IMG/VR virus record: IMGVR_UViG_3300031650_000001
From: an uncultured virus (IMG/VR IMGVR_UViG_3300031650_000001)
Taxonomy: Duplodnaviria; Heunggongvirae; Uroviricota; Caudoviricetes
Length of the DNA stretch: 64,000 bases
Direction: 5' to 3' (one strand)
Of the stretch, positions 37,029 through 46,960 are shown in pieces (within the stretch, counting starts at the first letter, position 1; every line of letters starts with the position of its first letter). The notes under the pieces were generated by a model. The model searched no databases. It was not told the DNA's origin and was given only the letters and a program-made list of their open reading frames with translations. The translations under genes were made by a program, and so were the position numbers.

Positions 37029-37252
37029 GGCTTCGCGTAGTGTTTGAGAATCCAGTGGACAGTGGAATGGTCGCGGTTGAAGTGCTTCCCGATCTCACGG
37101 TGACTCAGACCGAGATAGTTGAGTTCCGCCATGGCATCGGCACGGGCCGCAGCAACGGACCGCGAGCGGCACGGGCCCGTCACGTCGGCAGGGTCAACGA
37201 GATGCACGCCGGCGGCGGTGTCGATGATCTCGGCAACGCGCTGCGGTGTCAC
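37025..37252 (-). CDS. DnaA C-terminal-domain-like HTH protein
   Basis: RSRSVAAARADAM...LSHREIGKHFNRDHSTV. Confidence 0.8.
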   Translation of the reverse strand: MTPQRVAEIIDTAAGVHLVDPADVTGPCRSRSVAAARADAMAELNYLGLSHREIGKHFNRDHSTVHWILKHYAKP

Positions 37253-37959
37253 TTCGCACCTCCAAATCCGTTGACCACGGTCCCGGCGCGTCCACCGGTT
37301 TCGAGCAGCCGTCGGACAACCATCGGGAACCGTTCGCTGAGTTGGGCCACCATAAACCCGCTGGTCGTGACCGTGGGAAGCCCAGCGGAGTAGCGCTCTT
37401 CGAGCACGTCCCGCGTCGCTTCGACGTATTGCCCCTGACCAAAATCATCGAGCACCAGCAGGCTCGCTGTCATCGCCTGGTCGACCTCGGGAGCCTCCCC
37501 GCGTCCCATCGGATGCTCACGCCGTTTCCGCTCCAGGATCGGAACCCAGGCCCAGACCATACGCGAGACCAGTTTCCAGTCAGGGCCGCCACGTTCGGAG
37601 CCGAGTCGGAGCAAACGCCGAACCAGAGCAGCAGCCGCCCTGGTCTTGCCAAGGCCGCTGGGACCCGTCAGGAGGAGGTTTCCGCTAGACGGGCACCAGT
37701 GCTCAGCCTCGTCCCGGTACGGCTTGTGGAGCGGCGGCAGGTGGTCCGGTTGGCCCTTCACGCCGCGCCCGTCCAGCAACTCGCGATCCGGCAGCAGGTC
37801 GAACACTCTCGGGATCTGCTTCCGGAGCAACCTGGCGTCCTCCTGCCGGTCAAGAAGCGCGAGCCGACGGGTCTCCGCATCCGCGTCGGCCTCCCGAGCC
37901 AGACTGTTCGCCCGTGCTTCGTTGATGAGTTCTCTCAGGTCCTGATCCATGCCGTTCAT
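37249..37959 (-). CDS. DnaC/IstB-like AAA+ ATPase (helicase loader)
   Basis: GPSGLGKT; LLVLDDFG; ERYSAGLPTVTTS. Confidence 0.85.
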   Translation of the reverse strand: MNGMDQDLRELINEARANSLAREADADAETRRLALLDRQEDARLLRKQIPRVFDLLPDRELLDGRGVKGQPDHLPPLHKPYRDEAEHWCPSSGNLLLTGPSGLGKTRAAAALVRRLLRLGSERGGPDWKLVSRMVWAWVPILERKRREHPMGRGEAPEVDQAMTASLLVLDDFGQGQYVEATRDVLEERYSAGLPTVTTSGFMVAQLSERFPMVVRRLLETGGRAGTVVNGFGGAK

Positions 37960-38807
37960 TCCACGATCCTCGCTTTCTCGTAGCCGGTGACGCCTGCTGC
38001 GGGTTGTTGACCGAGGGCGAGTTGGGGGGAGGCGCGGGCTCGCGCTCCGTTCGCCGGCATGTCGCGAAACCGCTCGACGTTGCCCCCATTCCTGCAGATG
38101 AGTTCAAGGTCGTCGTAGACCGTCCCGGAGTCGTTTTCGCCACAGTGGTGGGGGCTACGAGCCACACCGTCGATCGCTGCCTTCAGGTCTTCTACCGTGT
38201 ATCCTTCGCGAAGCCGTTGCTCGACCTTGTGGCGGCGTTGGGTGGTCAATCTGGTTCGCTTTGGGTCTTTGCTACGTTTCTCGACCCAGTAACCGAACAC
38301 CGTTTTGACCAACTCCCCGAAGCCGGTGGACTTCGGGACATGTTGGTGGTCGGGGTCGGTGGTACTGGTCGGAGGTCGGAGGTCAGGCGCGACACCCGCG
38401 CTCGGTGTTCGCGCTAACTTCGCGACTGTCTCGCGAAACTCCTCCAACGTGCCCGGAATGATTCGCTTTGCGTCCGAGTCGTTTGGGCCGGGAACGCGCG
38501 GCTTCCCAGGATGGTCAACCTTTTGGTGCTTCTCCCAGTTCCGGATCGAAACGTACAACTGACCACGGAGCTCATAGAGGTGCCAGAGACCTACCTGAGC
38601 AAGTTCCGCGACGCTCGCGAGGGTGTCGCGAGATTCACGAAGCCAGAAGACTGCGCCGTCGAGTTGTTTGGGGTGGGCACGGAAGTTCCCGTAGTCGTCG
38701 GCTAGTAGGTAGCTTGAGACATACAGGCGCCAAGCCTCATGGCTGAGTGCAGCCGTCTCGGCGTCCTCCAGAATCTCAGGTTTGATTGTTCGGATGCGTC
38801 CGCTCAT
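37956..38807 (-). CDS. Phage replication initiator protein
   Basis: MSGRIRTIKPE...ADDYG...NWEKHQK; C-terminal GYTVEDLKAAIDG; adjacent to the loader gene. Confidence 0.8.
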   Translation of the reverse strand: MSGRIRTIKPEILEDAETAALSHEAWRLYVSSYLLADDYGNFRAHPKQLDGAVFWLRESRDTLASVAELAQVGLWHLYELRGQLYVSIRNWEKHQKVDHPGKPRVPGPNDSDAKRIIPGTLEEFRETVAKLARTPSAGVAPDLRPPTSTTDPDHQHVPKSTGFGELVKTVFGYWVEKRSKDPKRTRLTTQRRHKVEQRLREGYTVEDLKAAIDGVARSPHHCGENDSGTVYDDLELICRNGGNVERFRDMPANGARARASPQLALGQQPAAGVTGYEKARIVE

Positions 38808-39292
38808 CCAACAGCCTTAGCCTTTTCTATGGCGGAATTTTGGAGCCAGATCGTGAATTCTCGATCGAGATGTGCGCGCTGCTTTTCGACTGCCAGCTGG
38901 ACGCACTCGTAGGCGCAACCCTCGGCGTCGTGCCACACCTCGGAGCCAGTGAATCGTAGGATACTGCCGCCCATCCCAGTGAGACGCCTGTCCCGACTCT
39001 TGTCCCGACGCGCCTGCACTTTCGTCTTCTCGTGGAAGTCATGACCATCGACTTCTATCAGCAACATCCACGGTAGCGACCCGTCCGGGCACACTGGACA
39101 GATCGCGAAGTCGGGGCGCAAATTATCGATCTGTGGCTGCGAAAGCAGGGCCATAAACCAACCAGGCCACCTACCGACCTCACAAGGATCGTCATCCAAT
39201 CCAGCCGGGTTGAACTTGTCGATCACCAGACAGAGTGCCTCTCCTAGCATCGTCTCTACTGGTGATTCACAGTGTGCTAATCCATGTTTCAT
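38804..39292 (-). CDS. DUF559/Vsr-like PD-(D/E)xK endonuclease
   Basis: ESPVE...RPDF...IEVDGHDFHEKT...RDKSRDRRL...ILRFTGSEV. Confidence 0.8.
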   Translation of the reverse strand: MKHGLAHCESPVETMLGEALCLVIDKFNPAGLDDDPCEVGRWPGWFMALLSQPQIDNLRPDFAICPVCPDGSLPWMLLIEVDGHDFHEKTKVQARRDKSRDRRLTGMGGSILRFTGSEVWHDAEGCAYECVQLAVEKQRAHLDREFTIWLQNSAIEKAKAVG

Positions 39293-39297
39293 CGTCC

Positions 39298-42200
39298 CTA
39301 CTCCTCCCCCCTCAGTTCCCTCTCCGCCCGGTCACAGAAGGCGTCGAAACTTTCCTGGGTCTCGATCAGGTCCACCCAATCGACCAACTCATCAAACGAG
39401 CCGCCCTCGCCGTCGATGGTGAAACTAAGTGGCCCAACGCACCATGGTTTAGGACGCTCAAGTGTTCGCTTGGACTCAGTAGCTAGCGTGGTGTGCAGTT
39501 TACCGTCGTCGACATCAAACCATTTGTTGCCAACGCGCACCCCTATCACCCTGCCGGTAATCTCACCCATCTCGTTCCTCTCCCTCCACCGTCTCCGCCA
39601 TCTGCCTCAGCCAGAGCGCCCAGAACCGCGCCTGTCGCGGTGTCAGGGTCAGCCTGATCTCCACGTCGTCCGCGCACACATCGAGGGCCACGAGTCCGTC
39701 TACCACCTCGGCTCGCGCGAAACTGCTGAGCCGCGCGGACCGTTGGTGTAGTTGGAGGACGTCACCCACCGCACACTCCCACCACATCAAACCCGAACTC
39801 CAACTCCGGACACTCCACCCACGGCGGCACGACGGTTGGATTCACTGGCGCAGGGATGATGCTCGGATCGCACTCCGATACGGATTCAACGAGTCGCCGA
39901 TACGCGCGCCGGGTCCGGTACGCCTTGCGACACGGTAGACACCTCCGGCCGTAGCACTCGGCGCCGCAATCGATGCAGGTGTGGGTCACTGGAGCGCCCC
40001 CGGCCAGGTGCGGTCAATCATCTTGCCAGCACAACTCTCCTCGCTCAGACCGTAGGCCAAGACGATCCAGTCGTCTCCCCAGATCCCTAACTCGTAGCCG
40101 AATGTAATCGGCATCAGTGCCATCCGAACCCGATCGGGCCTGGTCGGCATTCGCAGTGCGTACGCCACGACTTGCGCGTCAAACGGTGCACCATAGATGC
40201 GCACCCGGTCGCAGTCGTTGATCGCTGACTTCCCATACTGCTGCACCCGGTCCTTCACGCGCGGCGGCTTACCAAGCCATCGCTTGAACTCGCCAAGGTG
40301 CGCGGTTTTGACGTGCTCCGGTTTGGTCAGCAGTGGCCCGACGCAGGACATCCCCGGGGCCGGGTTCTTTGCCAGCTGTCGGTGGGCCAGTGAACGCACC
40401 GCGACCAGCGCGTGACCATCTGACGCGCAGCAGTACCAGCGAGAGCCGACCCGATAGCGAAACGGTTGTCGCAATCGGTTGTCCGGCTTTGAGATGCACT
40501 TGGGCCGGCAGTGAAAAGCCAACCGCTCCAAACTGAATCCGATCATGTTCTCTACTCCTTCCCCTTCACTGCCGCCGTCGGCACTCGGATCACGGTCCCC
40601 GCGTCGCACCAGCGTTTGCCCGGTAGCGATGCCCGGCGCATGGTCTTGACCGTCGTCTGCTTCGGTCCCGTTCGGATCACGACGACCGGCACGCGGTAGG
40701 AGCCGATCGCGTGCTCCACGTAGAGCCAGGCGCGTTGGTGGCGGCGGAGGGTGGGTGCGGTCATCGGGTTGGTCTTCCTGTTGTGCTCGTATCCGCCGGC
40801 ACGAACGGAGCCGGCCCCACCGTGCACCGAAACGAGACCCACCCCGTTGTGTGCTGAGTCGGAACGGCTCTCGTGCGCGGCATCGTCGCCGTGGTCGGAC
40901 ACAGTCGCAGGCAGCCGTGCGTGTGCTCCTCGCGTGTCAGGCCGCAGAACGGGCAGCGGGGGTCAGGCATGGTCGAGCCCCTTGGGATGCTCCGCCCCAT
41001 GCGCCCGGTGGTAGTACGCGAGCCTTTCCGGTGGTGGTGCCAGGTCGTCGATCGGTTCCTTGCCCTCTTCAGTGTTCAGGATCGCAGTCAGAGCGATGGT
41101 CCGCAGCAACCGGTCCACGGCCAAGTGTTCGCTGCTACCCTGTCCGACGAAGTCTCGACGAATCCAGGCGGCCACCCAGAGGTCGCCTTCCTTGAACGTC
41201 AGGATTTCGGTTCCAACAATCGGACCAGTCATCACTCCCCCCTCACCGGCGGCGGTTCCGCGTGCGTCTTCGCCAGCGGCATGCACTTCTCGCAGACCGG
41301 GCGGGTCAAGTCGTCCCCGTTGAGGTAGCGGCCAAGCGTTACCAGTGTGTGGACCTGACCGCGGTTGGGCGGCCTACCACAGAACGTGCACGGGTTGCGG
41401 ATGTTGCGTCCAAGGTCTAGCGTGACGCTGGCGCCGACGGCGTCCAGCAACTCGCACAACTCGCTGACTGGTTCAGGCATCACCCGTCTCCTTTCACCGG
41501 CGCCGGGATAGGGTCGGGCTGGTCAGTGGGCTGTGGACTCGTTTGGAGAGGGGCCTTTGCTATGGCGGGCGCTACCCCGCGGCCAACTGTCCCCAAACGC
41601 ACTGCATCCTTACGGGTAGCAGAACCCACTGACCTAAACCCGGTAGTCGTGTGTATGACCATCACTCCCCCCTCTCCGGCGGCGGTTCCGGCAGGGGGCG
41701 GAATGCAAACGGCTCGGCACCGCGGCCGCTGAATGATTCGCCGTCCTCATCGACCCAGCCGTGGCGGCCGGCAAAGCGCCCCGGTTCGGTCCACTTATGT
41801 CGTTGGATACGCTCGTCCATGTTACGAAGTGCCACGATGTACGGCGCGCCGACCGCGACCAACTGCGTCAGTGTCGGCTCCGGCAACGCCGGCAAATACG
41901 TCCACCCGTCGGCGAGCAGTTCGTGGCGCCAGGATTCGAGCAACGGAAGCATGCTCATGCTTGCATACTGGCTTGCATACGGATCGACGAACGCCACGAT
42001 TGCGTTCGCCACTTCTTCCGCAGTCCGTGGCTTCGCTTCAGAGTTGCTCACACTTCACCTCCGGTTCCGGTGGATGCGGTAGGTTGAACTCGTCACGGAT
42101 GCGGCGAGCCATGCACCGCGCGCAGTCGTCGTCCTGCCGCTCCACGAATGCGGCGACGTCGGCGAGCAGTTCACGGCGCCAGGATTCGAGGACCGTTGCA

Positions 42201-44159
42201 GCGTACGCATCCCATGTTCTGCTGGCGGAGATCTCTGGATGCAGTATCAGTTTTGCGGTCACGTCCCACGCCGTCCGCGGTTTCGTGTCAGTCATCATCC
42301 CTCCGTGGCACCCGCCGCAGGTCGAGTCGCCGCAACAGTTGCACGTTGGTCTCGCCGCGGAGTCGGGCGTTGCCTTGCAGTGTGGCCATCGCATCGGCGA
42401 AACGGGTCTCGGCTCGGCGCTGAATGCGGATCTCATGCAGCCACGACGCGAGGCCGGCGACGAGGAGAACGGCAGAGGTGATGGCGAGGGCGGTCATGCC
42501 GCTTCCCTCCCCCTGCGCAGCCGTCGCCGTAGCGTGTCCGGCACGTCAAGGATCGGCGCCTTACTGTGTAGCCACGCGCACGCCGCGCCGTCGAACGCAG
42601 GAGCGCGCCATCGCTCGGAATGGCAGAGCGCGCGGATGTCATCCCGGCAGTCGGCGAGGGTCGCGACTCGTTCGCGCAAGCGTGCGGAATCGTGGGCGCG
42701 ACCCTCAGCCTCAGCCTTGGCAATCTGCCGGCGAACCGACGCTGCCTCATGCGCCCAGAGATTCTTTAGGCGGATCAAATCGCGCCGCACCGCGAGCCAC
42801 TTGAACACGCCGCGCGCCAGTAGGATCGCGTAGGTGGCAGACCGCGGAACCCCCCACGCTTCCAGATCCTGCGCGATGAGCGTGGGTCGGTTCTGACGAA
42901 AGCCCCAAACGTTGTCCGGGTGGACGCAGAGGACCGGAGCGGGGTCGCGAGCGGTCATGGTTCCGTGTCCTCGTCCGCCAACTCGGTGGTCATGTAGGCC
43001 AACGCTCCCGTATCGCTGTCGGTATACAGGTCGACCCGAAATCTGTGTGTGCCGGGAAGCAAACCCAGCCGTCTGTGGGTCTCACGGCTGAGCAGCTGAA
43101 AAAGATCCCGCGCAGTGAATACACAGCCGCGTTTCGGATCGATGTCGAGTTTGTCGCCAACTTCTTTGCTCACGGTTCTGTGTCCTCCGATTCGTAGTCG
43201 TCGCCCGCCAGTTCCGCCGTCCCCTTGCGCACAGCAATCAGCGTGATCCCCGCCAGCAATGCCTCCGCGTGCACAGCCTCGGGTGTCGTCCCGCGTGCGG
43301 CTGCGATCTCGTCGATGAGGGCGGAGAGGATACTGCCGACGGGGAAGGTGCGGGGATCAGTCATCGTCCACCAGTCCTGCGGCTTCGGCCGCGTCGAGGA
43401 TGGCGCGGGCCTCTCCAATTGCCTCCTGCTCCAGTCTGCGGGCTGCAGAGTGAGCGGTTCGGCCTCTCCCGCGGATCACGGTAGTGGCAACAATCACCCA
43501 ACCAGCCCAGTCAGTTTCCGCCTTGAAAACTTGCGCCTCGAACGCCGCATTATCTCGCGTGCGGAAACACCGCAGCGGCCCTAGTGTTGGCACCAACGGC
43601 TCGCCAAACACGGTCAACGCTCTACCTCGGTTCTTCTCCCGTTTCGCCATCTCCTCGTCTCCTCTCCCGCGCGTGGCGGGTCAGCGTGTGGTCTCTTCAC
43701 CAACCACGACGGGCGCGACCGGCTCGAACAGAATCGAGGTCTCGCCGATGTAGGCGCACTTGAACGTGTAGTCGTTGATCACGTAGTTCTCCCCGACCCT
43801 GAACACGCTCCAGTGTTGCGGCACGGGCTCGCCATTGGGGCGGACGAGTTGGCTGAGTTCGTAGAACTTTCGATCCGCAACTTGTCGTTCCTGCTCCGCG
43901 ACCGCCTTCTCCAGCGCCTTCATCTGCTGCAATTGTTCAAACTTGTTCGTGTCTGGATTCATTCCCATTGCGTCCTCGCTTTCATTGGTCAGCGTGTCGT
44001 CTTCGTCACCAGCGCCGCGTGCAGCTCGATCACCACCGTGTTCGCGATGCTGTAGGCCAGTGCGAGCTTCCCCCGTTCGATGAGTTCAGCTGCGAGTCGG
44101 AGCCGGTCCGGTAGCGTCAGGTTTCGGAACTCGGCGGCGAGGTCGGCGGGGGTGGTCAT
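39298..44159 (-). other. Cluster of about 17 small, coupled hypothetical ORFs
   Basis: Examples: 39298-39570, 39986-40546, 40552-40764, 41662-42051, 42494-42958, 43357-43650, 43681-43968. RBS and ATGA/GTGA overlaps; no recognisable function. Confidence 0.6.
41505..41650 (-). ncRNA. Candidate structured RNA, copy 1
   Basis: First 50 nt are 47/50 identical to 52425-52474; closing stem GGTCAGTGGG/CCCACTGACC; GTAA tetraloop hairpin. Confidence 0.55.
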
Positions 44160-44163
44160 GCGG

Positions 44164-44976
44164 TTATGCCTCAACAGAGGCGATTGCCTTTGCCCATGGC
44201 ACCAACTTCTTCACGCGGGACGCCTTGTTGTAGCGCTCCTTGAGAAGTTGAGCCCCGTGCAGCGCCACCGATCCCTTGTTATTTGCTTCGCTGCGACGCT
44301 GCTTCAGATCGACCAGAAAATCCTTGGGACACGTCTTCTGCAGAACCCTCAGTAATCGATCCTGATCGATGTTGTCACCGTAGACACTCAGCAGTAGTGA
44401 GACTGAACCGATGATTTTGGGGCTGTATACTGCTGGGTTCCCATCCATCCACATGGCGAGGAGTTCCAAAGTATCCTTCAGATTGCCGTGCTTCTCCTCA
44501 GCGTCCCTCAGTGCCTTGATCGAGCGAATGCGGTTCTGTCCGCCCTTGCATTCGACGTCGACCTCCAACCCAATTGACCTGACAATCCGGTCCACCTTTA
44601 ACGCCGCGCGATCCTTTGCTTCACGCTCAGCGTTGAACATCGGCATGGCACCCAGCGCCCTCACGTGCCTACCTTGGCCAGCAAAGGCGGCGGCCTCTTG
44701 TTCGTACGTCAATTCGTCGCGCACTAGACACATTACCTCGTGGTCCGCCCCGAAGTGAATGATTGCTGCAGCGATCGTGTGTTGTCCGTTGAAGGCATAC
44801 AACTTGCCGCCACGCCGACTGATCTTCGGTGGGTTGAAGAGCAGTTCGTTCCAGTCGTCGGCAATATCCTTGGCGCGCCGCTCGTTCAATTCCCGCTGAT
44901 AGGAATCCTTCTCGATATCCCCAAGGCGCAGCATCTCAATCTTCCAAGCCCCATCGATTGTCTTCTTTGATCTCAT
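44164..44976 (-). CDS. ParB/Srx-like domain protein (DUF6551-type)
   Basis: YQRELN...LYAFNGQHTIAAA...LTYEQEAAAF. Confidence 0.7.
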   Translation of the reverse strand: MRSKKTIDGAWKIEMLRLGDIEKDSYQRELNERRAKDIADDWNELLFNPPKISRRGGKLYAFNGQHTIAAAIIHFGADHEVMCLVRDELTYEQEAAAFAGQGRHVRALGAMPMFNAEREAKDRAALKVDRIVRSIGLEVDVECKGGQNRIRSIKALRDAEEKHGNLKDTLELLAMWMDGNPAVYSPKIIGSVSLLLSVYGDNIDQDRLLRVLQKTCPKDFLVDLKQRRSEANNKGSVALHGAQLLKERYNKASRVKKLVPWAKAIASVEA

Positions 44977-46073
44977 GGCGTCTCCTCTTGCTCCAATGTC
45001 AACTGCTTCCGCAGTGACGAGAGTTCCTTCCGGGCCGTCTCAACCAGGGTCAGCGCTTCACCATATTGTGAGCGGGTCCCGCCGTAGCGCGCTTGGGTAG
45101 CGTCCTCTCCGACGTGCCGGTCCACTCCTCGGATGAACGTCGCTAGGAAGTTCTGAACCGCTTCCAACGGATTAGCTTTGCGTGTTGTTGGCTTCGATAG
45201 TCCAAGCCTCTTCACCGCGTACTGGATCTGGTGGTGAGTCAGGTCGAGTTCGTCGCAGAGTTGCTGCCAGGTTCGGTATGGGTAGAGTCTGATAATGGCG
45301 GCATCCTGCTCCGGGGTGAGCCCATTGGAAGGACTGCGTTCACCGTTGCCGGTTCGCTGCCGACGCGCCGCAGTGATGCTCTCTGAGTTCGCGTTCGAGC
45401 TTGGCATCGTCCCCCGTTTCGCTGCCTCACGCTTGCGTGACGACAGCGTCGTCGTCGGCATCCCTGCGCACTCCGCCGCTTCCCGTAGCGTCATCCCGTT
45501 GGCGTGGTTCTGCAGCGCTTCGCGGACCTGCTCTGGCGTGTACTTCGTGCGCGCGTCCAGTTTCGGCTCCCGAGCGGCCAGCGGATTTACGACATGTTGC
45601 GTCTGCAACTTCTCGTCGCTCAACCATCTGCTGATGGTGCCCTTGTTCACCTGCGACAGATCGGCGAGGGCCTCCTGGGTCCAGCGCTTCGGGTCGGACT
45701 TCCGGAGCGCGATGACCAACTTCTTCTGCTCGGCGCGCCAGTGCTTGTGTCCCTCAAAGGAAAGACGCCTGCACTGACCCGCGGTGCGGAGCACGTAGAG
45801 ACGTTTCTCTTCGTCGGAGCCGAGTCCGCACACCACGGTGTAGCGCGGAACGATGCCACGCTCAGCAAGCAACCTGTTGCGCGTGTGGCCGTCCAGGATG
45901 TTCAACTCTTCGTCAACCTCAATCGGGACCTTCTGACCTTCTGCCTCCAGGCTGGAGCGGATCTGCTCCAACGTCTCAGCATCATGGTCTGGCAGCAGGC
46001 CGGCGTATGGAGTCCCGAATGACTTCACACCGCCAGTTGCCGAAGCACTGCGCTGCTGTTGTCCAGCAGCCAT
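44973..46073 (-). CDS. ParB N-terminal-like domain protein with HTH domains
   Basis: GQKVPIEVD...ILDGHTR; WTQEALADLSQVNKGTISRW; MTLREAAECAGMP. Confidence 0.7.
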   Translation of the reverse strand: MAAGQQQRSASATGGVKSFGTPYAGLLPDHDAETLEQIRSSLEAEGQKVPIEVDEELNILDGHTRNRLLAERGIVPRYTVVCGLGSDEEKRLYVLRTAGQCRRLSFEGHKHWRAEQKKLVIALRKSDPKRWTQEALADLSQVNKGTISRWLSDEKLQTQHVVNPLAAREPKLDARTKYTPEQVREALQNHANGMTLREAAECAGMPTTTLSSRKREAAKRGTMPSSNANSESITAARRQRTGNGERSPSNGLTPEQDAAIIRLYPYRTWQQLCDELDLTHHQIQYAVKRLGLSKPTTRKANPLEAVQNFLATFIRGVDRHVGEDATQARYGGTRSQYGEALTLVETARKELSSLRKQLTLEQEETP

Positions 46074-46561
46074 CAGGCGGCCTCGGCGTTGGCGATGGTT
46101 GCGAGCATCAACTCGATCAGCTTCTCCACTTCAGGAGTGCACGTGAAATACTCACGTTTCCTGGTCAACTGAGGGAATGCCTTGAACCTTCTCAGGCAGC
46201 GCAGAATTGACCGCTCAGCCTCCCTTTCCGCCCTTATCTGCAGAATGCCCGTCCAGTCCCCAGGCAGTGGCTCAACCTCTTGCCGAAGTGCCGCTATTCG
46301 TAGCTGCGGGTTGAAAGAGAAACCAACTTTTACCATGCCGGAAGCCTTGGCGACGTAGACCCATCCATAGCGGCTGTTTCTCCACGCGGAGCGCTCGCAC
46401 CGCGGTTCTGGAATGGCCACCGATCCCGTTGGGACTCTGAACCCAGGGCGGTTGTCAATCATCCAAAGCAGCCATCGCAGTACCGCGATCTCTGCGTGTC
46501 TCGCCTGCACCGTCGGCAGTTCGGGCGGCGGTGGCTTTCTCGGCCTTGGCTCAAACATCAC
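46073..46561 (-). CDS. GIY-YIG/T5orf172-like domain protein
   Basis: GWVYVAK...VKVGFSFNPQLRIAAL...REYF. Confidence 0.65.
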   Translation of the reverse strand: MMFEPRPRKPPPPELPTVQARHAEIAVLRWLLWMIDNRPGFRVPTGSVAIPEPRCERSAWRNSRYGWVYVAKASGMVKVGFSFNPQLRIAALRQEVEPLPGDWTGILQIRAEREAERSILRCLRRFKAFPQLTRKREYFTCTPEVEKLIELMLATIANAEAA

Positions 46562-46806
46562 GCCGCCGTGGTGTCGGTGGGCTCATCCGCGTCGACCGGC
46601 TCGACCCAATCGCGCATCGGGATCCCGAGCATGTCTTCGATCTGGGCCATCTTGTCGGGCTCCGGCTTGCTCCTCCCAACGATCCATGCCCAGACGGCCG
46701 AAGTGGTGACGTCCAGAGCATCCGCCAGGTCCTTCCTGGACATCCGTGGCTTGACGGGTTCGAGCGCCTTACGGAGGCTGTCAGCCCCCCTGGTCGTGAT
46801 CGCCAT
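46558..46806 (-). CDS. Cro-like XRE HTH regulator
   Basis: MSRKDLADALDVTTSAVWAWIVGRSKP; first gene of the leftward arm. Confidence 0.85.
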   Translation of the reverse strand: MAITTRGADSLRKALEPVKPRMSRKDLADALDVTTSAVWAWIVGRSKPEPDKMAQIEDMLGIPMRDWVEPVDADEPTDTTAA

Positions 46807-46816
46807 TGGGCACGAA

Positions 46817-46937
46817 TACAACATCCCGTTGTGGTCGTCAACTTAAAGTGAACCGATTCTCACTTCACCTGGCCGTATGGCCGGACCGTGGGTCCACATT
46901 GTGCGACTTTAACTTGACTGGCACAACCGGGGGTTGT
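46817..46937. promoter_or_regulatory. Divergent promoter pair with operator-like palindromes
   Basis: Minus: CTTTAAG-TTGACG-ACCACAACGGGATGTTG-TATTCG. Plus: CTTTAAC-TTGACT-GGCACAACCGGGGTTG-TAGCTT. Confidence 0.75.
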
Positions 46938-46960
46938 AGCTTCCCGCTTCAGGAGGCACC

